From Azolla caroliniana (taxonomy: Eukaryota; Plantae; Polypodiophyta), in the NCBI GenBank assembly GCA_043228905.1, contig JBHGNT010000016.1, positions 1,302,001-1,366,000 on the forward strand: DNA of 64,000 nucleotides, written 5' to 3'. Below, piece after piece: positions 39,201-52,573 of the stretch (position 1 is the stretch's first letter; each line of letters opens with the position of its first letter). Both the position numbers and the translations under genes were made by a program. The notes below the pieces were generated by a model. That model was not told where the DNA came from and did not search any database. It saw only the letters and a list, made by a program, of their open reading frames with translations.

Positions 39201-41368
39201 TGTGACTCAGCAAGTCGCACCTCTGTCACTTTGGAATTATCATTGTTTAGATCATTCTCTTCTCCAACGACAGCACTTTCCTTTATATCCTTTCCGGAAT
39301 CCTCTGATTCCCTACCTAGATCTCGCATCACAGCATAGAGTTCTGGAAGAACATAAAATCATTGCTAAGCAGGGATACAAGGTCTTTGACCAATTGAAGC
39401 AAATGTTACGCATATGCATCAATCATAATGCAAAAAATAAAGAGGATAATGCTTTTATACCTGCAGCTTCTGCTTCAAGCTGCGGATCCAAAATAGGAGG
39501 GTATTTCAAGCCCAAAGAATGATAAAGCTTGAAATTTACAAATCCCATGAGGGTCTGTAACAGAGAGAAACAGATCCAATAAACCAAAACATTCTCATAA
39601 TATATACAAACAGTGAAGAGAGTCCAAAATTCTTTGGTCTATCCACGTGGATATACTTAACAATCAATTAACAATAAATCTTATATAGGTCAAACAATGA
39701 TTGGACAGATGAAATACCTCATAAAACTCCACAAAAGTAAGCATTACTCTAATATCCACATCATCAGGTATTGTTTGGCTAAGAACATGTGGCGTAAGCC
39801 AGGTAATCCTCTGTCCAGCAACCTCTGCCTGCAAAAAAACACGAAATGCTTATTACCATACTCATAATTTCGAATGACAAATCCTTTGGCTGACCATTAT
39901 CATGTGAATAAAACAGACCTCTAGGAAAAATGAAACATGAAAATTACCTGATAGTATATTCCCTTGACTGAAATAAATGTATGGCGCAAGGAATGAGTCC
40001 GTGTTATGTATGCTTGCCACTCAAGGCTCAGTCTGAAAGAACATGTATCTTTACTGAGGCCAAACATCAAAATAGAATGTACCCAGATATTGATGCACAG
40101 CTAGAGCATGTTAAAAGATGACAAATAGTTATGTTCTGGCAGCATCTGCCAAGACTCTTACCTGCGGCAGTTATTCACCGTGTTTGCAGGAATTTTATGA
40201 GCTGCTTCTGCTGGAAAAGTTGCAAAAAGATGCAACATTGTAAGAGAATCATCCAAATCACGAAGAGCATCTATGAAAGATGGGTACCTATCTCACAAAA
40301 AAGAAAATAACTGAGAAAATAAGAACATAAGATCACTCATTTTTCATGCACATAGATCAGTTAGATTACACTATAACTCACATATATCAAAATTCTGATT
40401 TCAAAATAGTAAATACCTTTCCTTAACCAGATGATCAAGCGAGTAAGTTGGCCTGTTTGTCTCCAATCTACTAGCTAAGCTTAAATTCTTTTTTGCCTTG
40501 GCTTTTTTTACTTTTTTCTCAAATGATTTTATCTCCCTGTGACATCATAAATGAAGTTAAAAATAGAAAATTTTGCATGCCTTCTATAAGGAGAACCATT
40601 TGAGAAAAAACCTGCTCTTCTCCAGCAATGGCTCATGCGCCAAGAAGTTTATGTCCTTTACATGATAATACGTTTTATTGTTTCCTTCAAATTTCTTTTT
40701 TGGCTCCCTAGGGTGTATCCCTTTGAGAATGCACAATCGCCTGAGCAAAGAATAGCCAACATAAAAGTTACAATAGGATGAGTTTCCCATTCATTCATGC
40801 ACAACATACAATATGAAATGCACCATTCAGCTCAGAAGTATGGAGTATTTATGTGAAAGATGTAAATCTCAGACCACTACATTAAGATATGATGACAATT
40901 GATGTTCATTCTACAGAACATAAAATATGGTGTGCCAATCTGCTCAAAAGTATGAAGTATTATGTTTGAAACCACACACCTGAACTCGGGGAGTTTTATT
41001 TGAAGACGGTTCAAAGCCTTATTCCTGGTTGTATATTTTGCTACATTGCCCTCTTTCCTTTTGCCCTGAAAAATCAGAAGTGAATGAGATGTGCCTGAAA
41101 CAAGAATATAACAATACAAGAATTCAAGCCAATAAAAACTAATGTCCCTTATTCTTTTAATAATGGAATATCATACACACAAAGATAGCCCCAATTCTCG
41201 AACAGAAGTAATGAGAATAATATGCAATTTCCCAATAAAAACCCACAGAAAGATAGCCCAAATGCTCACATAAAAATGATGAGAACAATTTGCATTTTCT
41301 TTGGATCATCTCTCTCTAGAGTGGTAAGAAGTATTTACCGGAGGTCTATAATGCTTTGGCTTTGTCAT
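36243..41368 (-). CDS. PES: Pescadillo homolog (PES1/Nop7, BRCT domain, 60S ribosome biogenesis); multi-exon
   Basis: [127 protein letters not shown], and last exon IGKAKKR...KAAS*. Confidence 0.95.
37587..37997. mobile_element. Second hAT-type MITE copy, in a pescadillo intron, opposite orientation to 3399-3830
   Basis: TIRs TAACAGTCGGCAAC...GTTGCCAATTGTTA; 8-bp TSD GCTACTTG/GCCACTTG (1 mismatch). The internal TTATTCTCACATTTTAGG is the reverse complement of copy 1. Confidence 0.88.
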
Positions 41369-42123
41369 ATCCTTCTTTCAAGAGCAACTAGTCAACACCA
41401 AAAAATGACACACAGCAATGTTAGTGTCAACCATGGGACACCTTCAAATTTCACCTGAAAATATTCTCATAGAATATAACTACTCTAGTGAGGTTTATTT
41501 TCCTCCCTGCTGCAGAAACTAGATCGATTAAGATAAAGCACAAAATGCATAATAAATTAATCGACCATTTTGCTAAACAAATGGCAGAAAAATGAATAAA
41601 TTTGGGTTATCAAAAACAAAACAAAACAGAGAACTTGTTACATAGAATCATAAAGATTAATCTTATTCTTATGACATATTGGAACGAAATATATAGTTAT
41701 AAGAAAAAGCCTCTCTATCTCTATCTCTATCTCTATCTCTATCTCTACGTCTCTCACCCCCCCTCCCCCGCAAAACATTATTACAAGATCTAGTGACAAG
41801 ATACCAATTTGACAAATTTCAAGTAAAGTAAGCTCTCTTTGCTCCAATATCTAGGCGTTAACAGACCGATTTTAACAGAAAAATGAAAATAAAATAAAAT
41901 CCAGCGATATAATTAGCGAAACACTGGGTGAAGAGAATCAAAAACAGATCATTCGAGGCTAAGCACCATGGATAGCGGCAGTGAAAACCTGCGTGGAAGA
42001 GAAACCGAAGAAGGAAGAAAACCAAAGAGGATTTGGGGCGTTACCTTAAGGAAGAGGGTACTTGTTTCGTTTAGTTTTTGCCTTTCCTGCTGTATAGGAG
42101 CTCCCGGAGGCGGGGGGGAGCTT

Positions 42124-42132
42124 AAACCCTAA
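42124..42132 (+). promoter_or_regulatory. Telo-box (AAACCCTAA) near the probable non-coding first exon of pescadillo
   Basis: Exact motif, with a minus-strand splice donor (AG/GTAA) at about 42044. Telo-boxes are typical of plant ribosome-biogenesis and translation genes. Confidence 0.55.
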
Positions 42133-42508
42133 AAGAAGGAGGAGCTTCAGAGCCAAACAGCAAAGCAAGAAGGATATGTGTGTATGTATATGTATGTATG
42201 TATGTATGTATGTACAACATATATACATATCGAAGAAGCAAAGCAGTAAGCAGTTTCTATGTGGATGTATGTATGTATGTATGTTAAAGAATGTATGTAT
42301 GTATGCACAACGTGTCTATTATGACACAAATCCTTAATAGGGCTGGCGAGGGAATCGCGGCCCTGGGAATTCGGTCCCACCGGATGGGATGGGATGGGAT
42401 TCGATTCGGACGAGCAGAAGGAAAGAACCGAACCAGACGGATCCGGAAGGTATCCAGCTGGATCCGGTTCATCCAGGGACATATCTACAAATATGTTTCT
42501 ATTGTGCC

Positions 42509-42857
42509 TGTCATGGCCACATTTCTAAATAGTCCAAAAGTCATATAAGTATAAATATGACTTAGGGAATCACTTTCTGTGTGTGAATGTTATCATTTTT
42601 GTATAGAGAAAGCGAGAGAGAAACAGAAAGTATCTTCTATTGTAACCGTCGGTTGGCGAAGTCATAGAGCTCGAGGTCGTTGCCTCTGAGTTTCGCATTG
42701 TACCTTTCCTCTCATAGTGATAGTTGGAGTCTTTGGGCTCCCATGGTTTTTTCCCGTTTAGGGTTTTCCACGTTAACATCCTTTGTCCCTCTGTTGTCTG
42801 TGTAAGTGTATTAATCTCCATTTCTGTTTTGATCTCCCATTGAGTGTCTGAGACTCA
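42509..42857 (+). mobile_element. Possible copia-type solo-LTR-like segment nested in the MULE
   Basis: TATAAATA at about 42550 and the U5-like motif GGTTTTTTCCC..TAGGGTTTTCCACGT at about 42745. No clean TSD found, so the ends are uncertain. Confidence 0.4.
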
Positions 42858-44809
42858 GTTGTGGCCGAGCACCATTCCACACACATTGTGGCACATCGCA
42901 TCGCCCATTGACGGGTACTCTAAAAGAGTTAAAGAGACTTTGGTCCAATGATCTTTGTGACCATGGGATCCCTAGTGTGTATGTTAAAGCACTAATGGAC
43001 CGATGTGGTTGTCAAGTTCTGTCGAGGTTAACTCCATCTGACATGGAGGGGACAAGCGTCATAAAATATAAAAAGTCTAGACCCATAGAAGTGATCAAGA
43101 TAGATGTCCATAAGGTAGATGATACACTCACAGATGTTCAAAAGAGGTATCACACACGCTTTCGTACAGGGGTCGCAAGGGGTGCACGTGTGACTAGGTA
43201 TGTTTGTCACCGAGCCGGTGTGCCCATACGGTAATATCCCGTGTACTCGATGTAGAAAGCTTTCATCCCGATGTGGGTGTACTTTCCATGTGGACGCTCG
43301 AAGGAATGAAGGGGTTGACCATGGGACCATGACCATTTCAATATATGGATATCATACGGGTCATGTACCTGGAAGTAGACCGGATGTGTACTATTTACCG
43401 GCAGACCCAAATTATTTAAGTTGTTGCAAAGATGGCCTTTTTTATGTTGGATGTGCACAACATGTGGCACGGATGAGCATGCGTAAGGAAGCATATCATA
43501 AGTCCAAGGCTAGTCCATTAGACCTTGTGAGTTATAGGTTCTTTATGATACCACAGGAGGTCCATAACATGACCAACAAGTAAAAAATTGGGAGTGCCAT
43601 ATCAGAGGTTGATTGGTCTTTGATGATGCCGGATGCCTATGCACTCCGAGATTTGGGAAGGTGCCTCATGTCCAACCTTACTTGCTTGGGGATTATGGAT
43701 CTCTCGCAAGGCAACCATTCATCTTGGTGCTTCAAGATGAATGAATGTTAGCGATGTATGAGCGATTGTCAGTAAACAACTCTTGGGCAATCGACTCCAC
43801 GTTTAAAACAAACCGGTTTGGGCTGCCATTATATGCAATTGTGGCCCCAAACACCATGGGAATTGGTATCCCATTACAAACCATGATTGAGTAACTTTAG
43901 GAACTTGCTTGAGAGTCATATTCATTGATGCCCCATGTGAGGCCAAATGCAATAGTCATCGATAAAAGTTGGACATCGTATAATGCCATAAGTAATGTGG
44001 TTGCAGCAGATCGATTATCTTGGATTGTTGCAAATGTTGCAATCACATTGTCTACTTTTGTTGTGTTAGTTCCACGCCAAAAAATCATGGGTGGACAACT
44101 TGTTGCCAAAGGCAAGTGCAATTGAGAGAAACCATTTTTATAATCAGATGTGCCAACTCATGCAATGCATTACGGAATCCACATTTAGTACCCAATGTGA
44201 GGAATTAAAGGTAGAATGTGGGGACAATGACCATTTCACATAAACCGAAGTGGAGACAAAGGTAGTACCAGTCAAAGAGACAAACCCAAGTGCATTAGAT
44301 ATGGAGGAATGGGAGTCGGAATTACAAATGACTGAGGCAGCTATTCAATGTCTCAGGCAAGGGTTACGATCCCCCAACCATGCTCAAGTTTTGGCATGTA
44401 TGGCATCTTGCAAAGAAATGAGATTGGTGCTGGGGTATCACGTTGGTGCACTGAAACCAACCAATGAAGAAGATGGTGGATTCATAAGGTAGAAGCAAGT
44501 GATTGGTGTGAAGAGAGGAGCATCAAACAACATTTCACAATATCTTATTGGCAGCTCCCCAAACACTTCCAAGGCACATATAGGAAAAATGCAAAGAGGT
44601 GCAAGTTGAGCTAGGAGGTGGTTGCCAATATGTGCGACAGAGAAGATTCGATGCTTGTATTGCGACACCTTACGGACTCGAATGTCGATTGTTGCAAGAA
44701 TTGTGGCCGCATCTTGCCATCATCTCCGGATGAGCCATAAACATAGTTTGAGTAATTTTGCGGACCGGTGCATTTTGGTTTACGATGTTTAAAGTGGATT
44801 TTTGTTAAA

Positions 44810-44930
44810 AGGATGTCATATGTTGATTTATGTTTTAGGTTTGGCGTTTCAAGTATGTCATGTGTTGATTTATGTTTTACGTTTTATGTTCCAAGTATGT
44901 CATATGTTGATTTATGTTTCAAGTATGGCA
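44810..44930. repeat. Three copies of an approximately 42-bp repeat (ATGTCAT.TGTTGATTTATGTTT) inside the MULE
   Basis: Direct read. Confidence 0.75.
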
Positions 44931-45892
44931 TAGTTGAATTTGTGTTCATTTGCATGTAACAAGAGGTACAATATTGACTAGATAGATGAAATGTGAAAAG
45001 AAGAAAGCATTTTGGGGTCTAGTAACATATTCCAGTAAGTGAAATAAGGTAGAATTGTTTCCATTACTTTCCTAAAACCTAAACCCTAACGTAGAACTGT
45101 TTCCATTAATTTCCTTTAGTCTAATGAATTATTGTTTTTTTGAAACATCATTTGAACCTTAGGTGTAATGATGGTTTGAAACATATTGCATTATTATAGT
45201 GGGTTGGTTTTGCATTTGTATTTTTGTTGCAAACTATATAATCTAAGAAAAGGTGAACTAGAAAGAAATGTTGTATTGCCAATATTTAGTGTGATTGATA
45301 TGTAGCACATATATTGATCAATAAGCTTCACATATTGATTCAATCATATATTAATCTCTTCGTCAATGAGAGGAATACATTAATATACTTGCAAGAATCA
45401 CTTGCTAGTTGCTAAAATCCCAAAACCAAATGTCGAAACCCTAAAAAATAAAGAAGTTGAAGAAGAAGAAAACTTAAATGACCCCAAAATTGACCAATAA
45501 GCAAAATAAACCCTCTTCTAAATAAGAGAGGAATAGAGGTTTAAACCTTGCACCTATTAAGCTAAAAGAACAACTTTAACCACTAAACCATTATCTTTTA
45601 GCATTACTTTTATTAAATACTTCATTTATTCTTCTAAAATAGCTGGGTGGTTGGGTGACCTGCAACAGGGTTGGGCGACCTCAGACAGATTTTTTTTCGC
45701 GCGTTCTTTCTTATCCAAATCGGACGGTGTAAATCACACACGCCTTCCTCTGAGCAACCTGCACCATCTGTAGCCATGATTCCCTCCCCATCCCTATTTA
45801 TGATTTGGTATATAATAGACACGAGCATGTATGTATATATATATGTATGGTTCACGACGACCACACGATCCCCACATTCACTTACAACAAAG

Positions 45893-46054
45893 GAACACCC
45901 AATTGGACAAATGGGCGGACGGATATGTATTTTGTACATGTATTTACGATAGCGGATGTACGGACAAACATATGTATTTTGTATATGTATTTCCTATACC
46001 CTAGTAAATACATATACAAAATACACATGTCTATTCATCCGTCCAATTGGGTTC
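45893..46054. mobile_element. Small foldback/MITE-like element, about 160 bp
   Basis: The arm CCCAATTGGAC...ATGTATTTTGTACATGTATTTAC is complementary to GTAAATACATATACAAAATAC...GTCCAATTGGG. Confidence 0.7.
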
Positions 46055-47050
46055 TAGCCCCAACTTTCTCGCCTTTCTATTAACTCCATATGTATTCTCT
46101 CTTAATTTACCAGATGCCACTTCGAAATCTTCATAAACAACAAAGAGGCCAATAGAAGTTTCGCACATTATAGGTGGCAGTGAACCATTGAAAACATGTA
46201 AATGAGTTGGGAATCAAGAACTATTAGAAACTTTAGCAACACACACCCTGTCTCCACAATCGAGTAATTGGTAATCCATTGCTCGAATGCTTAATTATTC
46301 TAATATTGACAATGAGACATGCCCAACAAAAGAATGTAGGGGTTTAACACATGACCTTTTGGTCTCCATCAAACAACAGTACTAAGGAGACGACATTCAT
46401 CTCCCTATTTCTTTTGATTCTTCCTCCTTATTTGCTAGAACCTAGCCTTCTTGGGATTGGGTTGGGCTGAATGACCCTTTCTCCTGCATGACCAACTTTT
46501 TGTCTCCAAAACGCCACCATTTCCCCCTTGATTGGCATGCATCACGCCTTCACTTCCGAGCCTACCCAACCCTATGCAGTCACCATTCGTTTAAAACACA
46601 AACTCTTCATATAACGCACACAGTCACAATCTAGTCATCACAAGGAAAACCAAAACCAAAGGAGCACCAAACTAACGGAGATCGATCGTGCATGTAGAAC
46701 TTGCTATGCCAATGAGATCCTGACAAGACAACTCAAATGTGGCATATGTGCAAATATAAGCAAATGGTTCTTCGTAGAGTGAAATGGTCACAAAGAAAAC
46801 CTCACCTTTTCGAGGAACCTAGACAAGATCTTAGATTGCTAGAAGGCATCGTCACAAACGAAAAATTTACAAAGATTTATTATATTGAATGCGATGTTAA
46901 TCCCATCATTTGAGACATGAAACCACCAATACACACGAATGTCTCATAAAAATGGGAGTCATTGTACTGAATGATTACCAATTTATGAGAAATCCAGTTC
47001 TAGTGGCATCATATTATATATTATGTAGATCTTGTTATGAGGAAAAAAAA

Positions 47051-47250
47051 TTGGTTGTCCTAAGTTTTGCCATGAATCAATGGCTCCTTAAGATACATAG
47101 ATAACTAGTCTCAATTTGTTGTCGCTAGTTTTGCCATGGATCAATGGCTCCTTAAGATACATACATAACTAGTTTGAGTTGGTTGTCCCTAGTTTTGCCA
47201 GAGATCAATGGCTCCTAAAGATACATAGATAACTAGTCTGATTTGGTTGT
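47051..47250. repeat. Tandem repeat, about 64 bp x3
   Basis: TTGGTTGTCC.TAGTTTTGCCA..GATCAATGGCTCCT.AAGATACATA.ATAACTAGT occurs three times. Confidence 0.9.
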
Positions 47251-48376
47251 GAAAGTGAGATTGTCTTCTCAAGTCCTTCAATTTTGGGTTTGGTCTGTCA
47301 GATTTTCGTGCTTAGTTGTAGAAGCACCACTACCTATCACTAATGGCTCTTGTTTTGCCCGCCAATAATAGTAAATGAAAAGATAATTATCGCCCCTCTG
47401 CATATGAGGCAAATGCATGCAATAGTGGCTTTAAAATCAGTGACATATATGATTCAATTGGAAGTCCATGTTTGAATGTTTTCAATTGACATAACCTTCT
47501 CTGTCCTTAGCTATGCCATGCCATCTAGGGAAACATATTGTCTGCTCAATAATTATTTGATACATCATTATATCATATGTGTTTATTGGCATTTAACTTC
47601 ATCCAATATCTATGCCATCCCTTTACCGAAGAATGTATGTTCTCGCAAATCACCCCACTATATACAATATGTGTTTCATTGCCAAGCTTACAAGAAGTGA
47701 TTTGATTTTATATTGCAATTGCTTCAATCAGTTTATATTTTACTTGTGAGAACACAATCTTCTTCAAGTTTTGGGTCCAGCAATGTTGGGGTATCTTAAG
47801 AGATCCCATATAATTGTGCTTCTTTGCCTTGTTATTGTTCAATTGCATCACTAGATTTGCAATTCCGAGGAAGCTGATATAGTTATCATTAATTCCTAGG
47901 ATTTGAACCTTGGTGCTGACTTTCTCTCAAGATTAACCTGTGTTTTTTATGGAGCTCGAGTAGAATATAATTTACTGGGTATAAAATATAATCTTTGCAT
48001 TAGATCATGTATCTCTTCACCTATGAATGATGATGCTGAACAAACTGACATGTCATTTGGATAATATTGATTCACCTTCATATATTAAAATGGAAACATT
48101 CATGACAAAATATGATTGATTTGTAAAACAAACTGCTATATTGTATTATGTTAAATAACAAACTGGAAGAGTTATTAATATACAAGCCCATCCTTCAAAC
48201 GGAGGGATGCTCAGTACTGTGAATAAAAGAATTTACATCTTTACAATTGACGATGTGCTCAACACCTCAACGTTAATAAGCACATGTCCAAGCTAAGCAT
48301 CTTGAAAAGCTCAAAAATTTCCTCTCCAGAAATAACTAGTGAAAAAGAGCTTAATCAAGAGAAATTTGGCTCCACA

Positions 48377-50470
48377 TCAAAATTGACAAGAAGTTCCAAG
48401 CCTCCGCCTATAATTCAGATTTTGGGGACGTCTAGTAGCCAGTACTTCATCCAAACAGCCATTGAAACAACTCAAAAAACAATTCCATTCTTCATCACTC
48501 ATGTCTCCAAATGACACTTGATTTGAATTTCCATAAGAGAAACCTTTCCCACCCATCTTAGGTGCCGGTGTGAGGGGAACATCTTTGAAAAAGCCTTTTT
48601 TCCTTAAACTGTACTTCCCATATCTTTGCTTATTGTGATTCAAGCTCATACACCTATAAGGTGTAGGCCTAGACGGTTGGAAATCAGAATCAAAGGAGGA
48701 CAAGCTTGCTTTTCTGTTATTTGAGCTCCTTTGAGTTTCGAAGTCTTGTTTCACTCCAGGGTTATCAAATGTTTCTGTGGGCCACACACTTCTTGCAGAA
48801 TCCACTGGTAAAAGCTTATTGATTTTTCCAATTGGTACTGCATTACTTGCACATAATATGGCATCTTCGTCTAACGAGGAGAGGGTAGTTTGATGTCTCT
48901 CTCCCCAAGAGCCTCTGTTATATGACCAAAATGTACTATTGGGCAAGGTTAAAACTGGCACTGTGTTACAAATTTCATCTTCTAAACAGTCTTCATCATC
49001 TTCATTATGCTCCTCTTCATCCATCTTAAACTGCTCCAATAATTCATCGTTCATTTCCCTCAATGAAACCTCAGAGAGGTCATCATCTACAGAGCTAGAG
49101 ATCATCAATGCTCTTTTTGCCTCTAAGCAAATCAGTTCAAATTGACTTGCTTCTTCAATAGCATCTTTGCTCATAAGCTCGCCTATCTCAGCAAGGCAAA
49201 GACCCGACGCTGCAGCTTTTTTCAAAACATTTGTTGAAAGAATAAGCATTCTATGGCAGGCCTCTCTCAGCATTGGAAGCTCAGACCTAAGCATATCGAC
49301 ATCTTTCATCTCATCCAAACTTGCTATGTATTCAAGCTCCTCTTCTGAAAAGGGCACAGAGGATTGTGGCCAGTGTAGCCACTCAAAATAAGGGTCTTCT
49401 AGTCCTTCAGGTAAACAAAGTCCATGATCAATGGGAATAATCTCTAGAATTTCATTGACATGGATATTAACACAGCCCCAAGCCGCTTGGCTCTCGTTAG
49501 ATGTTCCCTTCCTCACGAGAATGTTCCCAGCATGTCTATCAGTGTTGAATATTCTTATATCGAGAATACCGATCCTGTGCACAGATGATACAGGGAAGGA
49601 TGAAGTACCATGGTCACTTGCATCATAATCATGGGGTACAAATTCCTGACATGAGGCTAGCTTCATGACTGGAAAAGAAGACTTTCCATGGTCTCGATGA
49701 ACAGTATTATCAGTATTATAGTGAAAGATATGGTGAGAAATCTTTACTAAAACTGTTGGTGGGACTCCCGCAAAATGTTCATGATCGAGAAGGTATGCAG
49801 CAACCTCTCTAACTCCAGTTTCACCAACTCTAACTGCTCTTTTGAGGCCAGGTTGTCCTAAGGTTTTCCCTACAAAACCTTTTGGGTTATTGGGTGCAAA
49901 CGGTTCTTCATCATTAGGCTTTATAACAGCCACACTCTCTCCCCTACAATTTCTGAAGTAATATGCTCCTCCAAGACCCCCACTAACAGCTACTGGCTCA
50001 ATTCCGCACTCTAAAGCTTTCACCACATCATTCATTATCCTCTTCATTCTTGAACAACATTGAATACCTCCAACCAACTCGACAGGATTCCCACTATCTA
50101 TTACCTCATGTGTTATCTCTGATGGATGGAAGAAACAAGGTGTGGAATGGCTCCTCTGTAGCTCCCTTGTAAGGAGTAACGGTGAGTCATTCCTTACCTC
50201 ACTTAAATCACTCTTAAGAACATGACCTCCGAAAACAAGGGAAGATTGTTCTGCGGGCACATTGAGGATCGTTTGCATTCTCTTCTTGACTGTGTGTACA
50301 TTGTCGGTTTTATCAAGCTCAATTCCAAGAACACTACCAGTGTCTGTCTGTACAAATATTCGCCTACACATGGGTGGTTTAAGACAAATTCTATCGGATT
50401 CTTTCTTTGTACTGTCGGGGACGGGTAATGGAAATCGTGTCTTAACTGAACTGCCAACATTCGGAGGCAT
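48377..50470 (-). CDS. Type II phosphatidylinositol 4-kinase gamma (PI4Kgamma5/6/7-like) with one ubiquitin-like domain; intronless CDS, 697 aa
   Basis: UBL RRIFVQTDTG...VKKRMQ; kinase motifs GGLGGAYY, KPNDEEPFAPNNPKG, GETGVREVAAYLLD, DIRIFNTDRHAGNIL, IPIDHGLCLP; C-terminus RRRLGTSCQF. A 5'-UTR intron acceptor lies near 50509. Confidence 0.95.
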   Translation of the reverse strand: MPPNVGSSVKTRFPLPVPDSTKKESDRICLKPPMCRRIFVQTDTGSVLGIELDKTDNVHTVKKRMQTILNVPAEQSSLVFGGHVLKSDLSEVRNDSPLLLTRELQRSHSTPCFFHPSEITHEVIDSGNPVELVGGIQCCSRMKRIMNDVVKALECGIEPVAVSGGLGGAYYFRNCRGESVAVIKPNDEEPFAPNNPKGFVGKTLGQPGLKRAVRVGETGVREVAAYLLDHEHFAGVPPTVLVKISHHIFHYNTDNTVHRDHGKSSFPVMKLASCQEFVPHDYDASDHGTSSFPVSSVHRIGILDIRIFNTDRHAGNILVRKGTSNESQAAWGCVNIHVNEILEIIPIDHGLCLPEGLEDPYFEWLHWPQSSVPFSEEELEYIASLDEMKDVDMLRSELPMLREACHRMLILSTNVLKKAAASGLCLAEIGELMSKDAIEEASQFELICLEAKRALMISSSVDDDLSEVSLREMNDELLEQFKMDEEEHNEDDEDCLEDEICNTVPVLTLPNSTFWSYNRGSWGERHQTTLSSLDEDAILCASNAVPIGKINKLLPVDSARSVWPTETFDNPGVKQDFETQRSSNNRKASLSSFDSDFQPSRPTPYRCMSLNHNKQRYGKYSLRKKGFFKDVPLTPAPKMGGKGFSYGNSNQVSFGDMSDEEWNCFLSCFNGCLDEVLATRRPQNLNYRRRLGTSCQF

Positions 50471-52453
50471 GCCTTCTCATGTAAAACATCAATCAACACA
50501 TCATAAACCTGAAAGGCACGGCTGAAAGAAAATTAAATAAGTTAAAAAGAAATCATACTAAATGAGAGTTTTTGTTAAGATTGAACATAAAAACAACAAT
50601 GGAGTTCAAATCTTGTAGTTTGGTCTCTTGAGAGACATTATTTATATATTTACATATTCTCTTTCTTTCTCTCTTTTTGTGAGATGAAGTTTATAATTCA
50701 ATGATTCATGAACCTTTCTGGGCAAATATTTGGTGATTCAAATCGATTGAATCTTGTGTTAATATTTTCTAATCTTCCATGATATTTGATTTACATTCTC
50801 AGATCTCTGTAACTTTCTAAGAATGTATAATTTAATGATTCAAGAAGCTTTCGTAATAGGGATCATAATCCCTTATCATGTAGATTGCTGTGTCTGCAGC
50901 GGCACTCAACTACAAAGAATCCTCCAATCCCATATGAGCAAGGAATGTGATGTGGCATAATTGACGGCTATGTACGGATATGAGTGCATGGCATACATAT
51001 GATGAGCCACTATAATAGTTAAAGAGCCTAGCAGGGTCGATTAGTAGGCATGCTGATTGAACATGTTTTTAAAAATGGTAAAAGATCATTAGCTTATCTG
51101 CAAAGTTCTTATCAATTTAGGTTTCCTAACAGTGACAAGGCTCACTACAGTACATGCATGTTACTCACTGCGATATTACTCAAAATGGGAGGGTACAGAC
51201 TGGTCCAAACAAACGTAGGGCAACTGACCCATGCACACTCCATGTACAGCTCATGGTTAGTTTTGTTGGGAGCAGCCCAGATCGTATATGCCTGTAGCAA
51301 TGGAAATGCTAAGAAGACTTCTGTTTACTGAGGGTTAAAATTCCACTTCGTCCTTTCAAAATCCTTCTCTTTCCACATTTCTGTTGCTGCAGCATTCCAC
51401 CTAAAATCAACTTACTATTAATCAATAACTGAAATCTTCCCAGAGACAGTCACTATTATCCATTTTAGGCCTCACAAATTATAAAGAACAGAGCTTTCTT
51501 TGTGTTACTAGTAACTCTGCTTTGAAATTTTAATAAAGAAGGAAAACAGTATATCTTTCAATAAGAACTAAACCTGTGAATTCAGAAGAAGCAGATGAGC
51601 TCCCCAGGAATAAATACATTTAATCAAGTCATGATAGGCTGAAGATTCAATGATTACTGAATCAAAGAGTGAATCATGTTGCATCCACGTTTGATCCATC
51701 AGCCTTCGATGAATACAAGTCCATGTAAATGCTACAGAGCTCATTATTTGCCATAGTAAAGAAAGATGAAGATTCTCAATATATTGTGCGGTATAGATCT
51801 GGATCTGAAGGGTATATTTTCTTACTGTTAAATTCTCATCCAATAACAACTGCAAAAGAATCAAAATGAAGATCCACTGAGGTGATTTAGGTTCGAAGAA
51901 GTAAGAAAAGTAAAAAGAAAAGTCGGGGAAGAAGATGATATAAATATATACTCACAAGTTATGAAGGATTTCCACTTTTCTTCTCTCAAAGAGAATAATT
52001 TCCATGTTCAGATCTAGACCAAATCAGACCCAAGAAAAATGCTGAAATGAACAGAAAATTGGAATTGAGAACGAAGAATAAGAAAGGAGAAGCAATGTCG
52101 AGCTCACAACAAGTTGAAGCGATTGTATGACGGAGAAACAATCACCATCATCAAGAAGAGGAAATGTATACTCCCGTATTACATGGATTGGATTTCCTCT
52201 CACATTCATTGCCTTTTCTCTTAAGTCCAGATCTAATCCGATATGTGTGAGATCAGGCCTGACACCAAAGAAAGAAAATGGTGAGAAGAGAAGAGGATAA
52301 ACAATGGCGAATAAGTAGTTTGTAAAACAAAGAAATTGAAAGAGACAGAGAGAGAATTGAGCTTACCCAACAGCGAAGGAAGATTCTCAGATCTGCAGAA
52401 TAAGGAAGATATATCTTTCCCTCTCCCTCTCCCTCTCGTGTATACACAGACAC

Positions 52454-52455
<2 letters not shown>

Positions 52456-52521
<66 letters not shown>

Positions 52522-52573
52522 AAGAAACTAGTAGAGATGAAAGAAACTAGTAGAGATGAAAGAAACTAGTAGA
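52456..52573. repeat. (AG)n tract followed by three copies of TGAAAGAAACTAGTAGAGA
   Basis: Direct read; lies in the probable PI4K 5' leader. Confidence 0.9.

Larger units (their letters stand above)
42305..45826 (+). mobile_element. Decayed Mutator-like (MULE) DNA transposon, about 3.5 kb
   Basis: About 50-bp imperfect TIRs (CGTGTCTATTAT...AAATC.T.AATAGGG.TGG.GAGGGAATC) and candidate 10-bp TSD ATGTATGTAT (42295-42304 / 45827-45836). Transposase relics WAIDSTFKTNRFGLPLYAIV (about 43785) and PNAIVIDKS (about 43945), with stops and frameshifts. Confidence 0.82.

Noticed and set aside
47051-47250. Regularly spaced repeats as a CRISPR-like array (also 53560-54055 and 1704-1851)
   Set aside because: Units are tandem without unique spacers, the context is eukaryotic, and there are no cas genes.
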